From an archaeon (GTDB taxonomy: Archaea; Nanobdellota; Nanobdellia; Woesearchaeales; UBA9642): a stretch of DNA of 64,000 nucleotides. The notes beneath the pieces are model-generated. The model saw only the letters and a list, made by a program, of their open reading frames with translations, had not been told where the DNA came from and did no database searches. Positions 27,632-38,900 of this stretch are shown one piece after another. Within the stretch, counting starts at the first letter, position 1; each line of letters begins with the position of its first letter. The stretch is from assembly GCA_020057295.1 (NCBI GenBank), contig JAGVGF010000002.1, forward strand, positions 96,001-160,000, read 5' to 3'. Made by a program: the position numbers and the translations under genes.

Positions 27632-30600
27632 ATGAATCGAAAAATTGATGATTTAATAGAGAAGCGTAAGGACAAAAAGAATTTATTAGCTATTGCTCTA
27701 ATATTTTTTATAGTTTTAGGTTCAATATTTGGATTGATATTGTTGTCAACATTTATTGGCTACGTTTTTGAAAATTATATCGCTGGACAGGCAGGTTATG
27801 TATATAATGTTGTTCTGGAATATCATGAATGTGCTACACTATGGTCTGGAGTTTATGGAGCGGCTGTAATGGTGTTGGGATATAATAATCAAGATGATGT
27901 AATCGTATCCTCATGTGGGATGTATGACCCGAATTTCCTGTTTAAATGTTTGCAACCAAATGCTGAACATGTATTGATGGCATCATTAACTCCTCCTGAT
28001 GCTATAGATTTTAACACTTTACAACCAGCTACTGCTTTAGATGTAGATAATTATTTAGGTGTTGATGCACTAAATATGATGTCTGGCAGCAAAACATTTT
28101 TACAAACAGTATCTTACACCATTGATAGTACACAATATAATGTTCCTGGAACGTATACTTATAACAGTAGTAAAAATCCTTCATTTGATTTAGGTATATT
28201 AAAGGATGGTAATGGTTCTCTTATATTTATTACTCATATAAATGCAAATTTTAGTAGAGGATTCAATAATAAATTATATAATTATCAGATGATACTTCCT
28301 GTACGTAATAATACTAATCCTGATTATTATTTTTTTACAGATCCAAGTTATGTTTGTCCAGCTGGAGAAGGTACTAATCCTAACTCTGGATATGTTATTG
28401 GTAATGTTACTAGTAATACTGGGGAAAGATTATCAGGAGTAATAGTTGATATCGCTGGTAAAACTACAGCAACAGATATCAATGGATTTTATAATCTTAC
28501 AGCATATGGCGGGAATTATTATATCTATGGTATAAAGACAGGATATCAAGCATATGTCAGCAATATCACTGTATTATCTGGCAACCTTACTGTTCATGAT
28601 TTTGTTATGATTCCTGCAACTATCCCTAATCCTAATACTGGTCCTGGTGTTGGCCCTGGTGTTGGTCAAGGTCCTGGTATTGGTCCAGGCCAAGATGTTG
28701 GTCCGGGTGAAGCTCCAAGAGTTCCAATTGTTGAACAGCCAAAAAAAATTGAAGGTATAGACTATATTATATCTATATCAAAAATTGATAGAAAACTAAT
28801 TATAGGAAATTTCCTACAAGAAATTATAGCATTTTATAGTTATAAGAAAAACACTGCAAGTTTACAGTTTAGTATAGAAGATGATAATAGTACTAATAGT
28901 ACTGATTTCATGTTATCCAAACTTATAAAATTAGATAAACCATCAATGGCAGTATTCCCAAATACAAATGATCAATTAACATTAACAGTTTTCGGGGATG
29001 GAATTCCTGGAGTATATAATGGATCATTAGTTATTGATGGAGATTTAAAAGAAAAGATACCTATACGAATAGAATTATTAGATAAAGAAAGATTGCCTGT
29101 GCAAGCATTATTAATAACTTTAGATTTAGATAAACGTAGCATATTCTCTAGTGATAAATTAAAATTTAAGACAGATTTACATAATTTATTGTCAGATCAA
29201 TCTTATCCTGTGTCTTTACAATTTACGATTCAGGATAGTAAAGGAAAAACTGTATGGGCTGATTCTGCTAATGTTTATGTTCAAACATCATTTTCATTAC
29301 TAAAATCTGCACAACTTCCAGATAATATTCCTACAGGCGATTATGTGTTAAGAGTTACGGCTAATTATTTAGGATTATCTGGTGGTTCAAGTACAGTATT
29401 TAGTGTGGTATTGCCATTTTACGAAGTAATATTCTGGGGATTAAAACTATGGATATGGGCTGCAATAATATTAGCATTACTAACCATTGGACTTGCATAT
29501 TTCTTAATTAGAAGATATATCCAAAGCAAAAAGAGATATGCATTCAAGCTTGAAATGTCAGAACTACCGAAACCTGGACCAAGATCTGCATGGGTTGGTA
29601 AAGTTGCAGAGACAGAACATAAGACATACTTCGATTTAGAACAATTTAAAGTACACACTATTGTTGCAGGAGCAACTGGTGGTGGTAAATCTGTAGCTGC
29701 ACAAGTAATTGTTGAAGAAGCACTTTTAAAGAATGTTGCAGTCATAGTGTTCGATCCAACAGCGCAATGGTCTGGAATGTTAAGAAAATGTAATGATAAA
29801 TTTATGTTGAGTTTATATCCTAATTTTGGAATGAAGCCATCAATGGCCAGAGCATTTAACGGTAATGTTAAACAAATAACTAATGCGCTTGAATTAATTG
29901 ATATTAAAAAATATATTAAGCCTGGAGAAATTCAAATATTAGCATGTAATAAATTAGATCCTAAAGATATTGATATATTTGTTGCCAACAGTATTAGAGA
30001 AGTATTCCACGCAAATTTTGGTGAAGCACCAGAACTAAGATTATTATTAGTTTACGATGAAGTACACAGATTATTACCTAAATTCGGAGGATCTGGAGAA
30101 GGATTCTTACAAATAGAAAGAGGATGCAGAGAATTCAGAAAATGGGGTATTGGAATATTAATGATTTCACAAGTATTAGCAGACTTCGTTGGACAAATTA
30201 AAGCAAACATAAACACAGAAATACAGATGAGAACTAGAGATGAAGGAGATTTAGGAAGGATTAAAGAAAAATATGGTGTAGAAGTATTACAAGGCTTAGT
30301 TAAAGCTAGTGTAGGTTCTGGAATGGTAGAAAATCCTACATATAATAGGGGTAGACCTTATTTCGTAGCATTCAGACCATTATTACACAATACACAAAGA
30401 TTACCAGATGAAGAATTGGAAAAATACAATAAATGGAATGAGATAATTGCAGATATGGGATATCAAATAGAACAATTAGAAGACTTAAAACAAGATGTAT
30501 TCGATCTAAAATTACAGTTAAAACTTTCCTTAGATAAGGTTAAATCTGGAAATTTCAACATGGTAGAAATATATTTACAAGAAGTAACTCCTAGATTAAT

Positions 30601-31525
30601 TAAACTTTGGGACAAATTAGGAAAGAAACCTAAGAAGAGAGAAGTAAAAACTGTAGACTTAAATGCATTAAAAGAAGAAATGCGTAAGGGAGAGGAAGAA
30701 CGTAAGAAGGCTGCAGCACAGGAAAAGAAAGATCATCCAGAAGGCGAAGCTGCAAAAGCTGAAGAGAAAAAAGTCTTAAAGTATGATTATGTTGTTGATA
30801 TTAAAGATAATTTAAATTTCAGTAATGGTGTTGCAATAGCAAGTTTACAAGAATTATCTGATGTAATGCCAAATATTACTGGGCCAACACTAAAACATCA
30901 TGTTGGAAAGGACAAGAACGAAATTGCAGATTGGGTTAGAGATAAATTTGGTGATGTTGAACTTGGAGAGAAATTACGTGTTTGTAAAACTACAGAAGAA
31001 TTTGTCAAAGTAATAACAGAAGATAAATCTAAAAATAATAAACCATTTACACCAACAAAATCAGGAGCTGCACCAGTAGCTGTTCCACCAACTCCATCTG
31101 TTACAGCGTCTCCTATAATTTCATCAGTTCCTATAACTCCACAAATTAATCCTGATACAGGAGAAGGTGAAAGTGTAGCATGGAACGATATAAAGCCAAA
31201 ACTTAAATCTTTGAATAGTGACGAACAGATAGCATTATTAGAAAAATCTGTAAAAAAATATCCTCAAGATATCAATATAAAATTCCCATTAGCATTATTA
31301 CATCATAAAACAAAAGATTATGACAAAGCAGAAAAAATGTATAAGGAAATACTAGAATTATATCCGAAAAATACTAAAGCATTATTCTACCTTGGTGGAT
31401 TAATGAAATCTAAAAAGAGTTATGATGATGCACTAAAATATTTTAATATATATCTTGAATTAAAAAAGAATGATTCAAAAGTTAAAGACTTAATAAAACA
31501 GATTGAAGAAAAAAATAAGAAATAG
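27632..31525 (+). CDS. Membrane-anchored HerA/DUF87-type P-loop ATPase with large ectodomain, DUF5752-like domain and C-terminal TPRs
   Basis: N-terminal TM, ectodomain, GPG linker, second TM; Walker A GATGGGKS, VIVFDP, Walker B LLVYDEVH, REFRKWG, MISQ; HHV..KNEIADW; TPR-like KAEKMYKEILELYPKN. Confidence 0.88.
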   Translation: MNRKIDDLIEKRKDKKNLLAIALIFFIVLGSIFGLILLSTFIGYVFENYIAGQAGYVYNVVLEYHECATLWSGVYGAAVMVLGYNNQDDVIVSSCGMYDPNFLFKCLQPNAEHVLMASLTPPDAIDFNTLQPATALDVDNYLGVDALNMMSGSKTFLQTVSYTIDSTQYNVPGTYTYNSSKNPSFDLGILKDGNGSLIFITHINANFSRGFNNKLYNYQMILPVRNNTNPDYYFFTDPSYVCPAGEGTNPNSGYVIGNVTSNTGERLSGVIVDIAGKTTATDINGFYNLTAYGGNYYIYGIKTGYQAYVSNITVLSGNLTVHDFVMIPATIPNPNTGPGVGPGVGQGPGIGPGQDVGPGEAPRVPIVEQPKKIEGIDYIISISKIDRKLIIGNFLQEIIAFYSYKKNTASLQFSIEDDNSTNSTDFMLSKLIKLDKPSMAVFPNTNDQLTLTVFGDGIPGVYNGSLVIDGDLKEKIPIRIELLDKERLPVQALLITLDLDKRSIFSSDKLKFKTDLHNLLSDQSYPVSLQFTIQDSKGKTVWADSANVYVQTSFSLLKSAQLPDNIPTGDYVLRVTANYLGLSGGSSTVFSVVLPFYEVIFWGLKLWIWAAIILALLTIGLAYFLIRRYIQSKKRYAFKLEMSELPKPGPRSAWVGKVAETEHKTYFDLEQFKVHTIVAGATGGGKSVAAQVIVEEALLKNVAVIVFDPTAQWSGMLRKCNDKFMLSLYPNFGMKPSMARAFNGNVKQITNALELIDIKKYIKPGEIQILACNKLDPKDIDIFVANSIREVFHANFGEAPELRLLLVYDEVHRLLPKFGGSGEGFLQIERGCREFRKWGIGILMISQVLADFVGQIKANINTEIQMRTRDEGDLGRIKEKYGVEVLQGLVKASVGSGMVENPTYNRGRPYFVAFRPLLHNTQRLPDEELEKYNKWNEIIADMGYQIEQLEDLKQDVFDLKLQLKLSLDKVKSGNFNMVEIYLQEVTPRLIKLWDKLGKKPKKREVKTVDLNALKEEMRKGEEERKKAAAQEKKDHPEGEAAKAEEKKVLKYDYVVDIKDNLNFSNGVAIASLQELSDVMPNITGPTLKHHVGKDKNEIADWVRDKFGDVELGEKLRVCKTTEEFVKVITEDKSKNNKPFTPTKSGAAPVAVPPTPSVTASPIISSVPITPQINPDTGEGESVAWNDIKPKLKSLNSDEQIALLEKSVKKYPQDINIKFPLALLHHKTKDYDKAEKMYKEILELYPKNTKALFYLGGLMKSKKSYDDALKYFNIYLELKKNDSKVKDLIKQIEEKNKK

Positions 31526-31556
31526 AAATACTATAAAAAATAGAAATACTATAAAA
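31521..31556 (+). repeat. 18-bp perfect tandem duplication spanning the ATPase stop codon
   Basis: aatagaaatactataaaa x2. Confidence 0.85.
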
Positions 31557-31587
31557 GATAACACATCAATTGAGAGAAAAATAAAAT

Positions 31588-32814
31588 ATGAGTAAACTTT
31601 CAGAAATCACAAAACCAGAGAATAAATTCTATACTGTAGATGGTCAATCATTAGTAATATTACAAGATTTAGTGAATTATTTATTGATTTGTGATGAAGA
31701 TTTATATGCATATCATGTTAATGATACTAAGAATGATTTTGCAAATTGGGTTAGAGAAGTATTGGTTCATCCAGATTTATCAGAATCAATGATGAAATGC
31801 AAAAATGTTAAAGAATGTAGAAATATTTTATTAGAATTCTTAAAAATATTAGATAATAACTCTTCATCCATAAGTAAAGAGAAGAATTTTTACACTTATG
31901 ACGGTATTAGATTAAGGAATCTACACGAATTATATTATTATATTAATAATTCCGATGAGCACGCGTATAATATGCATGTTAATTCAGAAAAGAATGATTT
32001 TGCTAATTGGATTAATGATGTTTTATTATTTTCTAAATTAGCCGTACAATTAAGAGAGATAAAAGATCGTGAAGAATTTCTACATACTTTAAAACAATTT
32101 TTAAAAGATAATTTAAGTTATAATGTGGATAATCATAAAGATGTTGCTGACTCTGAAAATAGAAATGTTGAAGCAACTGTTGAAAAAGACATAGAAAAAA
32201 AGATAGAGTCTAAAAAATTATTTATCGAAAAACCTAATATCGAAGAGTCTAAACTTCAAGAGCCTGTTGCGGAATCTAAAGTTTCAGTCGTAAAATCTGA
32301 CTCGGTAAGTATCTCTAATCCTATAGAAAAAGTTGTAAAAATTCAAAAAGTGGAAAATGCTATAAATCTAAATACTAAACTACAACCTATTCCAGAAGAA
32401 CCAGAGCCAGAAAATAAAGATAATCAAACAATAGATATAAGTAAGTTTAGACAATTTACAGATGAAGAACTCGAAAAGTTCGTAAATTTTTCAAGACATG
32501 AAACTGTTGATACTGTTAACATAAAGGTCGAATATTTAAAATCCGTGCTTCAAGAATTGAAAAATATGATTAAAGATTTGAGAAGATCAGAAAAAGATCC
32601 ATTGGTTGCAGATTTGCTTGCTAGGGCTATAGCTCCGAAAATAGATTATTACGCATTAACTAAAAGCGTGGATGATTACAATTATATTATTACTTCAATG
32701 AAAGAGATACAGCATGAGATTGAAGAATGTGACGTTCAAAAACATTATAATATTGCTGAAGAAATATTGAAAGACTTGAAACTTCAAGGAATAGCTATGA
32801 AGAAAGCATTATAA
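31588..32814 (+). CDS. Cytoplasmic protein with two DUF5752-like domains and a C-terminal helical domain
   Basis: Two FYTxDG...HVNxxKNDFANW units. Confidence 0.8.
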   Translation: MSKLSEITKPENKFYTVDGQSLVILQDLVNYLLICDEDLYAYHVNDTKNDFANWVREVLVHPDLSESMMKCKNVKECRNILLEFLKILDNNSSSISKEKNFYTYDGIRLRNLHELYYYINNSDEHAYNMHVNSEKNDFANWINDVLLFSKLAVQLREIKDREEFLHTLKQFLKDNLSYNVDNHKDVADSENRNVEATVEKDIEKKIESKKLFIEKPNIEESKLQEPVAESKVSVVKSDSVSISNPIEKVVKIQKVENAINLNTKLQPIPEEPEPENKDNQTIDISKFRQFTDEELEKFVNFSRHETVDTVNIKVEYLKSVLQELKNMIKDLRRSEKDPLVADLLARAIAPKIDYYALTKSVDDYNYIITSMKEIQHEIEECDVQKHYNIAEEILKDLKLQGIAMKKAL

Positions 32815-32870
32815 TTGCATAAGAAAGTATATAAACTATTAGTTACTGTTTGTTTATTTAGAGGTGAGGA

Positions 32871-33926
32871 ATGTTTTGGTTTAAGAAAAAGGAAAAAGAA
32901 ATAACTCCGCAAGAAGAATCTGCTGATAGTGAGGATGATAGTTCTGGAGAACAGAAACCTGCTATTAGTGGCAATATAGAAGCTGAGTTAACTAAGATAA
33001 AATCCTCTCTTGAAGCACTTAATGAAGTTAGAAAAGCTAATTCTGATCAATTTACACGTATTAGTGAACAGATAGGAGAATTACGTGGCGCTTTAATGGA
33101 TACTAACAAAGCTGTTGGTACTATAGAAGTAGCATCCACAAAAGCTATTGATATGGTAAATTCTGTTCAACCTGATAAATTAATGATTGAAGTTAGAAAA
33201 ACAGACAGTAAAGTTGAAGCGTTAAGAGCTAATATTGAAGCTAATGAAACAATAATGAAAGATATAATGAGAGAAATGAAAGAGATGCGTGCACAAATGG
33301 GTTTCTATAAAGGTGTTGATCAAGTTGTTAAGATGAATAATGAAATTAAACAAGAATTAATTGACATTAAAAAGACTGAAGGTTTAGTTGGTAAACATGC
33401 TGATCGTGTAGAAACTATATTTGTAGAGGTTGAGAAGAAATTTTATGATTTCGAGAAATTTAATGAAGCTGTAAAAGAATTAGATAGATCTTTTAAGAAA
33501 ATTTCTTCAGATTTTGATAAGATAAGGGTGGGTGTTGATGAGAAAGCCGATAAAAAAGAATTTGTTAAAATGGTTGATAAATTTGGTGACTTCGAAAAAC
33601 ATACCTCAAACATACTGAAGTTACTTGATCAAAAATCTAAAAACACACTCGTAGAATTGAATGCATCATTTGATGAATTAAAGAAACAACTTGAAGGTAA
33701 TTATGATAAAAAATTAGATGTTAAAGGTCTTAAGATTGATGATGCTCCTGGAGCCTCTCTAGGCACTGGAACTCCTGTAGACCCTGCATTATCAACTTTA
33801 AGTACTGAAAGTACTAAGAAAAGTGAGTCTGTAGCTTCAACTGACAAAGCGTCTGCTGTTAATAATTCCTTAAATGGTGCTGTTGATAAAGTTAAAGGTA
33901 TGTTTAGTGGATTGAAAAAATCCTGA
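32871..33926 (+). CDS. Long coiled-coil protein with amphipathic termini
   Basis: GGTGAGG RBS; MFWFKKK start; about 250 aa of heptad-like E/K-rich sequence; ends KVKGMFSGLKKS. Confidence 0.8.
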   Translation: MFWFKKKEKEITPQEESADSEDDSSGEQKPAISGNIEAELTKIKSSLEALNEVRKANSDQFTRISEQIGELRGALMDTNKAVGTIEVASTKAIDMVNSVQPDKLMIEVRKTDSKVEALRANIEANETIMKDIMREMKEMRAQMGFYKGVDQVVKMNNEIKQELIDIKKTEGLVGKHADRVETIFVEVEKKFYDFEKFNEAVKELDRSFKKISSDFDKIRVGVDEKADKKEFVKMVDKFGDFEKHTSNILKLLDQKSKNTLVELNASFDELKKQLEGNYDKKLDVKGLKIDDAPGASLGTGTPVDPALSTLSTESTKKSESVASTDKASAVNNSLNGAVDKVKGMFSGLKKS

Positions 33927-34006
33927 TATACTTTTAACATATAATATTTTAAAAAATTAGACATAATTAAAGAAATTAAAAATAATTAAAGAGATTAAGG
34001 TGTATT

Positions 34007-34525
34007 ATGATTGATGATAATCCAAAACTGAAATTTTTGTCAAAAGTTCCTCCTCAGAATAATTTTGGTTTTTCTAATGGAAAAGTAGCTGAGGATATTC
34101 AAGGATTATATGATATCATAAAGGGTTCTGATGACAATAATTTTTATGAACACGTTAATGATACTAAGAATGATTTCGCCAACTGGATAAGATCTTGTGT
34201 GTTGCATATAGAATTAGCTGATAAACTTTACAATATTAAGAAAAAAGAAGATTTTTTGCAAGCATTAGGTCAGGAGATTGAAACAATAAAGAATTATTCC
34301 ATTGCTCCAGTAGTTCCAACGGCATCTGTTAATCTAGCTCCTCCTATCTCTAGTCCTATCATACAGTCTGTTCCCGCGGCTTCTGCTGTGCCTGCAAGTT
34401 CTCCTGCTCCTTCGAACCAAACTACAAATCCTGTTGCTATATTAGTTGAGGAAATATTTGAATTTGAGGAGATATTCAAATCTTTAATAGATGAACTTGA
34501 AAAAGAAATATTTTCTGAACAGTAA
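34007..34525 (+). CDS. DUF5752-like domain protein with Pro/Ala/Ser linker and acidic C-terminal helix
   Basis: FGFSNG...HVNDTKNDFANWIR. Confidence 0.8.
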   Translation: MIDDNPKLKFLSKVPPQNNFGFSNGKVAEDIQGLYDIIKGSDDNNFYEHVNDTKNDFANWIRSCVLHIELADKLYNIKKKEDFLQALGQEIETIKNYSIAPVVPTASVNLAPPISSPIIQSVPAASAVPASSPAPSNQTTNPVAILVEEIFEFEEIFKSLIDELEKEIFSEQ

Positions 34526-34567
34526 TTTCCAAAATATTTAAATGTACGAGTAGTTATTTTGTTCTTA

Positions 34568-34948
34568 ATGAAAATATTTAACACCCTTTTACGTAATTTT
34601 AATCGTAGACAAAAATTTTTTGTTGCGTTAACACTTTCAATATTAATTATTGGTTTATTTTTATGGTTGTTTATTGCTAATAGTAAATCTGCCTCAAATT
34701 TTGATGTAGAATCGGATGTTGATACAATTGCGAGAGCAAGTATTGCTAATGATGAATATTTTGTAAAGTATGGGGGATATGATTTGAAATTAGATAGTGT
34801 GGAAAGATCTTGTTTGAATTGTGCTACGTTAACTTATACATATAAGATAAATACTACTTTGCTAATAAAGTCAATTAAAGGATTTAAAGTTATAATTCAA
34901 ATACAAAACAACACATTAGTCGATTATAGAAATGTAAGATTAACATAA
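34568..34948 (+). CDS. Small single-TM protein with extracellular CxxC domain
   Basis: Basic N-terminus, one TM, SCLNC; ATG 34568 preferred over TTG 34559. Confidence 0.7.
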   Translation: MKIFNTLLRNFNRRQKFFVALTLSILIIGLFLWLFIANSKSASNFDVESDVDTIARASIANDEYFVKYGGYDLKLDSVERSCLNCATLTYTYKINTTLLIKSIKGFKVIIQIQNNTLVDYRNVRLT

Positions 34949-35284
34949 GTTCACCCTTTTTTAAAGTTTTATTTATAGTTCTATCAGATTCTGAATATTT
35001 TTTGAAAGCTTTATAAAGATTAAATTATAATAACAGATTATTAGATATATGTTTTGTTGAGGGGTAGTTAGATTTGTTGATTTAATATTATTTTAGGCTG
35101 AAATAACATTATACTAAAAAAGATATAATAGACCTTTTATATCATTATGCGTTTTTAACGTCTATGTTTTTTAGTATTGTGTGTGTCTTTTGCTGATATA
35201 ATGAAAAGCTTTATAAATAAAAAGTATAATATTATACTAATTACTATATAATTAATATTTGGTGAGTATTGCTGGTAGGATTGC

Positions 35285-35947
35285 ATGATTGGTAATAAGC
35301 TTGAACAATCGATAATTTCAGTATTTCAGTATAATCTTAGTAAAACCTTTAGTATAAATGAGATTTCTAAACAGCTAAGAAAGTCTTACCCTACAATTAA
35401 TCATAAATCAAACTTTTTTCTAAAAGAAGGAATATTAAAAAAGATTGATATCGGAAGATCATACCAATGTTTTCTAAATTTATCAAACGATAAGACAAAG
35501 ATATTAATATCGACAAATGAAGTGAATAATAAAGAAGTATTTCTTGAAAAAAATAGGGATTTTAGCATAACTTATGAGAAAATATCAAGCATTTGCGAAT
35601 CTCAAAGTTACAAAAAGAAAATATCTTTTGTTTTACTTTACGGTATGGAGATAATTTTTGTACTAGACAGTTTAGACCAGGAAATTGTGACTGAAATTCA
35701 GAGTTCTGTCCCTGCTTCTACAAAATATAAATTCTTATTCTTAACAGAAGAATTATTCAAAGTAGAATTTCTGAACAATAATGCTTTACAAAAAAATCAT
35801 GTTTTACTGTTTAATATACCTTCATATGTACAATTACTTGAAAGTATGGTTGATAAATTATTGACTCGCGGATTTATTAATTTAACAAAGAATGATGATA
35901 TTAAAAAAAATATCAATAAAAAAGAGTTATACAAAAACAAAACATAA
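35285..35947 (+). CDS. Winged-HTH protein with degenerate nucleotidyltransferase-like C-terminal domain
   Basis: FSINEISKQLRKSYPTI...IGRSYQCFLN wHTH; C-terminal FVLLYG lacks the GS and DxD catalytic residues. Confidence 0.7.
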   Translation: MIGNKLEQSIISVFQYNLSKTFSINEISKQLRKSYPTINHKSNFFLKEGILKKIDIGRSYQCFLNLSNDKTKILISTNEVNNKEVFLEKNRDFSITYEKISSICESQSYKKKISFVLLYGMEIIFVLDSLDQEIVTEIQSSVPASTKYKFLFLTEELFKVEFLNNNALQKNHVLLFNIPSYVQLLESMVDKLLTRGFINLTKNDDIKKNINKKELYKNKT

Positions 35948-35987
35948 TCGTGCTGTATATTGTTTTGAAGATTTAGATGATAAAAAT

Positions 35988-38900
35988 ATGAATAACAATA
36001 AAAATTTTGGAAACAGGATGTTGATGAGTGTGTTGTTCCTATTAGTTATACTTTTATCTTTTTCTGTACATTCCGTTTATGCTGTCAAGCTTCAATCAGA
36101 ATTAAAAGACACTAATATAATTTTATCTTTAGATGACTCAAAATTTAATGGAGTAGACCTTGGTGAAAATTATGAGCTTATGATGTCTTTAGGAAATCAA
36201 AATTATAAATATTTTGGCGGAATGATATTTCCTATAATTATAAATACAAATGGAGAAGGATTATATTCTTTTAAATTATTAAATAAGTCTAATCAAGAAA
36301 TATTATCGGAAATAAGTGTATCAAAAACATTTGACTGTGATAAACTTTCATTAAATGTTGCTCCTTCAACAAAATCTTCAAATAATGATGTCGGAACATA
36401 CTCTGTTGGAGAAGAAATAAGTATACACCTATTCGAAGGACAAATAGCATTGAGTAATATTCCACAATTTATTATTATTTCAATAATTGCACAAAATAAT
36501 TCTGATAAAGTTTATAGACTTTCTGGAGATATAACATCTAAATTTATACCTTCAGAGTCCGGAACGTATACTGTGTCTTTGTACTGTAACAGTGGTGCAA
36601 TATATTCTAAGGATATTGTCGTTAAATCATCTGATGCCTCGAGTGATGTTAGTATGGGTAATGTTAGTATTATCGAACCTTACACGCAAAATAATGACTT
36701 AGTTCATAGTAATATAGAAAACAACGGTGCAAATTATTCCATTAAAAGAATAACTGTGAAGAATTCTCGTAACGAAGTTTTCATTGGAGATGTCAAAGCA
36801 TACAACATAAGGAGTGAAGCGCCGGTAGGAATACGTCAAAAAATATTGTCTCTTTTATCATCGAATTCTGGTAAGGAAATAATAGGTAAAATCGAGATGG
36901 ATTTAAATGGTGTTAGCGGATTAGAAAATACGAAACTATCTTTGAATGATGTTGACAGCACAAGTAATACGGTGCTTATAGAGTCAATAAGTAAAAAAAA
37001 TATTGAAGAAAAAAATACTATAAATTTAGAAGGAAGTATAGAAGGATCTATTGTTGATGCTTATGCTCTGGACTTGTCAGCATTAAGTTTTACAAATGGA
37101 ACTTTAACAAAAACAGCAAAAGGCAGAGTATTGTGGAAATGTAAAGATTGGAATTTTGCACAACAAACATGTTTTGGTAAATGGATTGAAGTAATGAATA
37201 TTAGACCTGGAGAAGATTATTCTTTTGAGGTTTCTCCTAATGATCCAGGATTTATTGAGACAGGATTGGCAACAATAAATACTGACAAATCAATATATCA
37301 AATTGGAGAGAGTGCTAAAATAAGTGCAGTTGTTCTGGATACTCAAGGATATTTAGTTAGTAATGCTACAGTAAACATTATGATAACAACACCAGGAAAC
37401 ACAGTATACTTCTTTGATAATGTTGCTGAATCAAAAAGAGGAATATATGAAATAATATTCAATCACAATGATATTATAGGAAATTATACTATGCAAGTAT
37501 CAGCATATAAGAATGAAACAAATCTTGGAATGACGCAGTATGTAAATTATTCAATGATTTCAGATTTCTCTGTTATGGAATATTATGATTTTGATATAAT
37601 AAGAAATATTCCTATAACTACAGATCCATTCAGAAAACCATTATATGCAAAAATATTGATTCATCCATTAAATGAAAATATTACTAATTATAATTTCACA
37701 GAAGTAATACCGAGTGATTTATTGGTAATTGATGCACCAGGAGCGACAATTTCAAATGCTGGAAATGAAACGCATTTAACATGGACTGGATTAAATGGAA
37801 ATGTTACATTAAATTATACTACTCAGCCTCCATTAATAACTCCTAACTTATTAATATTAGGAAAAGCATTTATAGAATATGTAATTAATTCTGCTACATA
37901 TATTTTTGTAGAATTTAGAAATTGGTTTATAGCTGTAGATCCAACTGTTACTAGAGATCAAGGACTTGTAGTATATGCAGATAGAACGGATGACGGATTT
38001 ATAAAATATAGAAATTGGACAGGATCGACATTACAATCTGAAGTTAATTCAGGTGTTGATTTTGGTAATCGAATAGCCTGGTTAAAATTTAGATGTCTTG
38101 TTAATCGCGAACAATGTATACTTGTTGGTTCAGATACTGGTGCCGATATTAATTTTAATGTATTTTATACAAATAATTGGACATGGTCAACAAATACTCA
38201 ATTAGATGGTTCTAGTGAGACTTCGCAAAGTAATATAGATCTTGATTGTGAATCTCTTTCAGGACAATGTATTGTTGTTTATGAAGATAGTACCAATAAT
38301 GATGCAGTGTTTGTATATAGAATTTGGAATGGAACAGATATTAGTGGAATTAATACTGTAACAATTACTGGTGGAGAGAATAACGAAATAGATTGGATAA
38401 ATTTGTATCCTCAAAAAGGAACAAATAATATCGGAATTGCAATCCAAAATGATGGTGGAGGAGTAAATACTGATACTCCTGCAATATATTCTGCAATTTG
38501 GAATGGGACTAATTTTACTAATTGGAGAACATTAACTGCTAACAGTCCTGCTGATGGTACGTCAAGAACATTTTATAGACATTATGATTGTGCTTGGGAA
38601 GGTGGCACAGGATATTTTGGATGTTTCTATGCTAATGATACATTAAATGCAATTTTATTTGATAGATTTAATGGAACAAACTGGAATTATATGGGGCGAA
38701 TATTTAATACGAGTGGTGAACCTCGTGAAATTTCTGCGTGCGGTCAAGAAGGATTAAGTTCTTTTAATCATAGTTACATTGGTTTAATGTTTTGTGATTC
38801 AGCAAATGATTTAGACGGCACAATTTGGAATGGAACAAGTTTACTTAAAACAACTCACGCTGCAAGTCCTGCTCAAAATACAAATGCTGAGTGTGGTGAC

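Noticed and set aside
27632-31525. HerA-NurA DNA repair or HerA-based antiphage defence
   Set aside because: No nurA, mre11, rad50, SIR2 or nuclease partner nearby, and the ATPase is TM-anchored with a large ectodomain.
35892-35987. First 32 codons of the 4003-aa ORF
   Set aside because: They overlap the upstream wHTH gene by 56 nt, and the signal peptide fits a start at ATG 35988.
37243-37262. PGF-CTERM archaeosortase signal
   Set aside because: The PGF is internal (about residue 450) and is not followed by a TM helix and basic tail.
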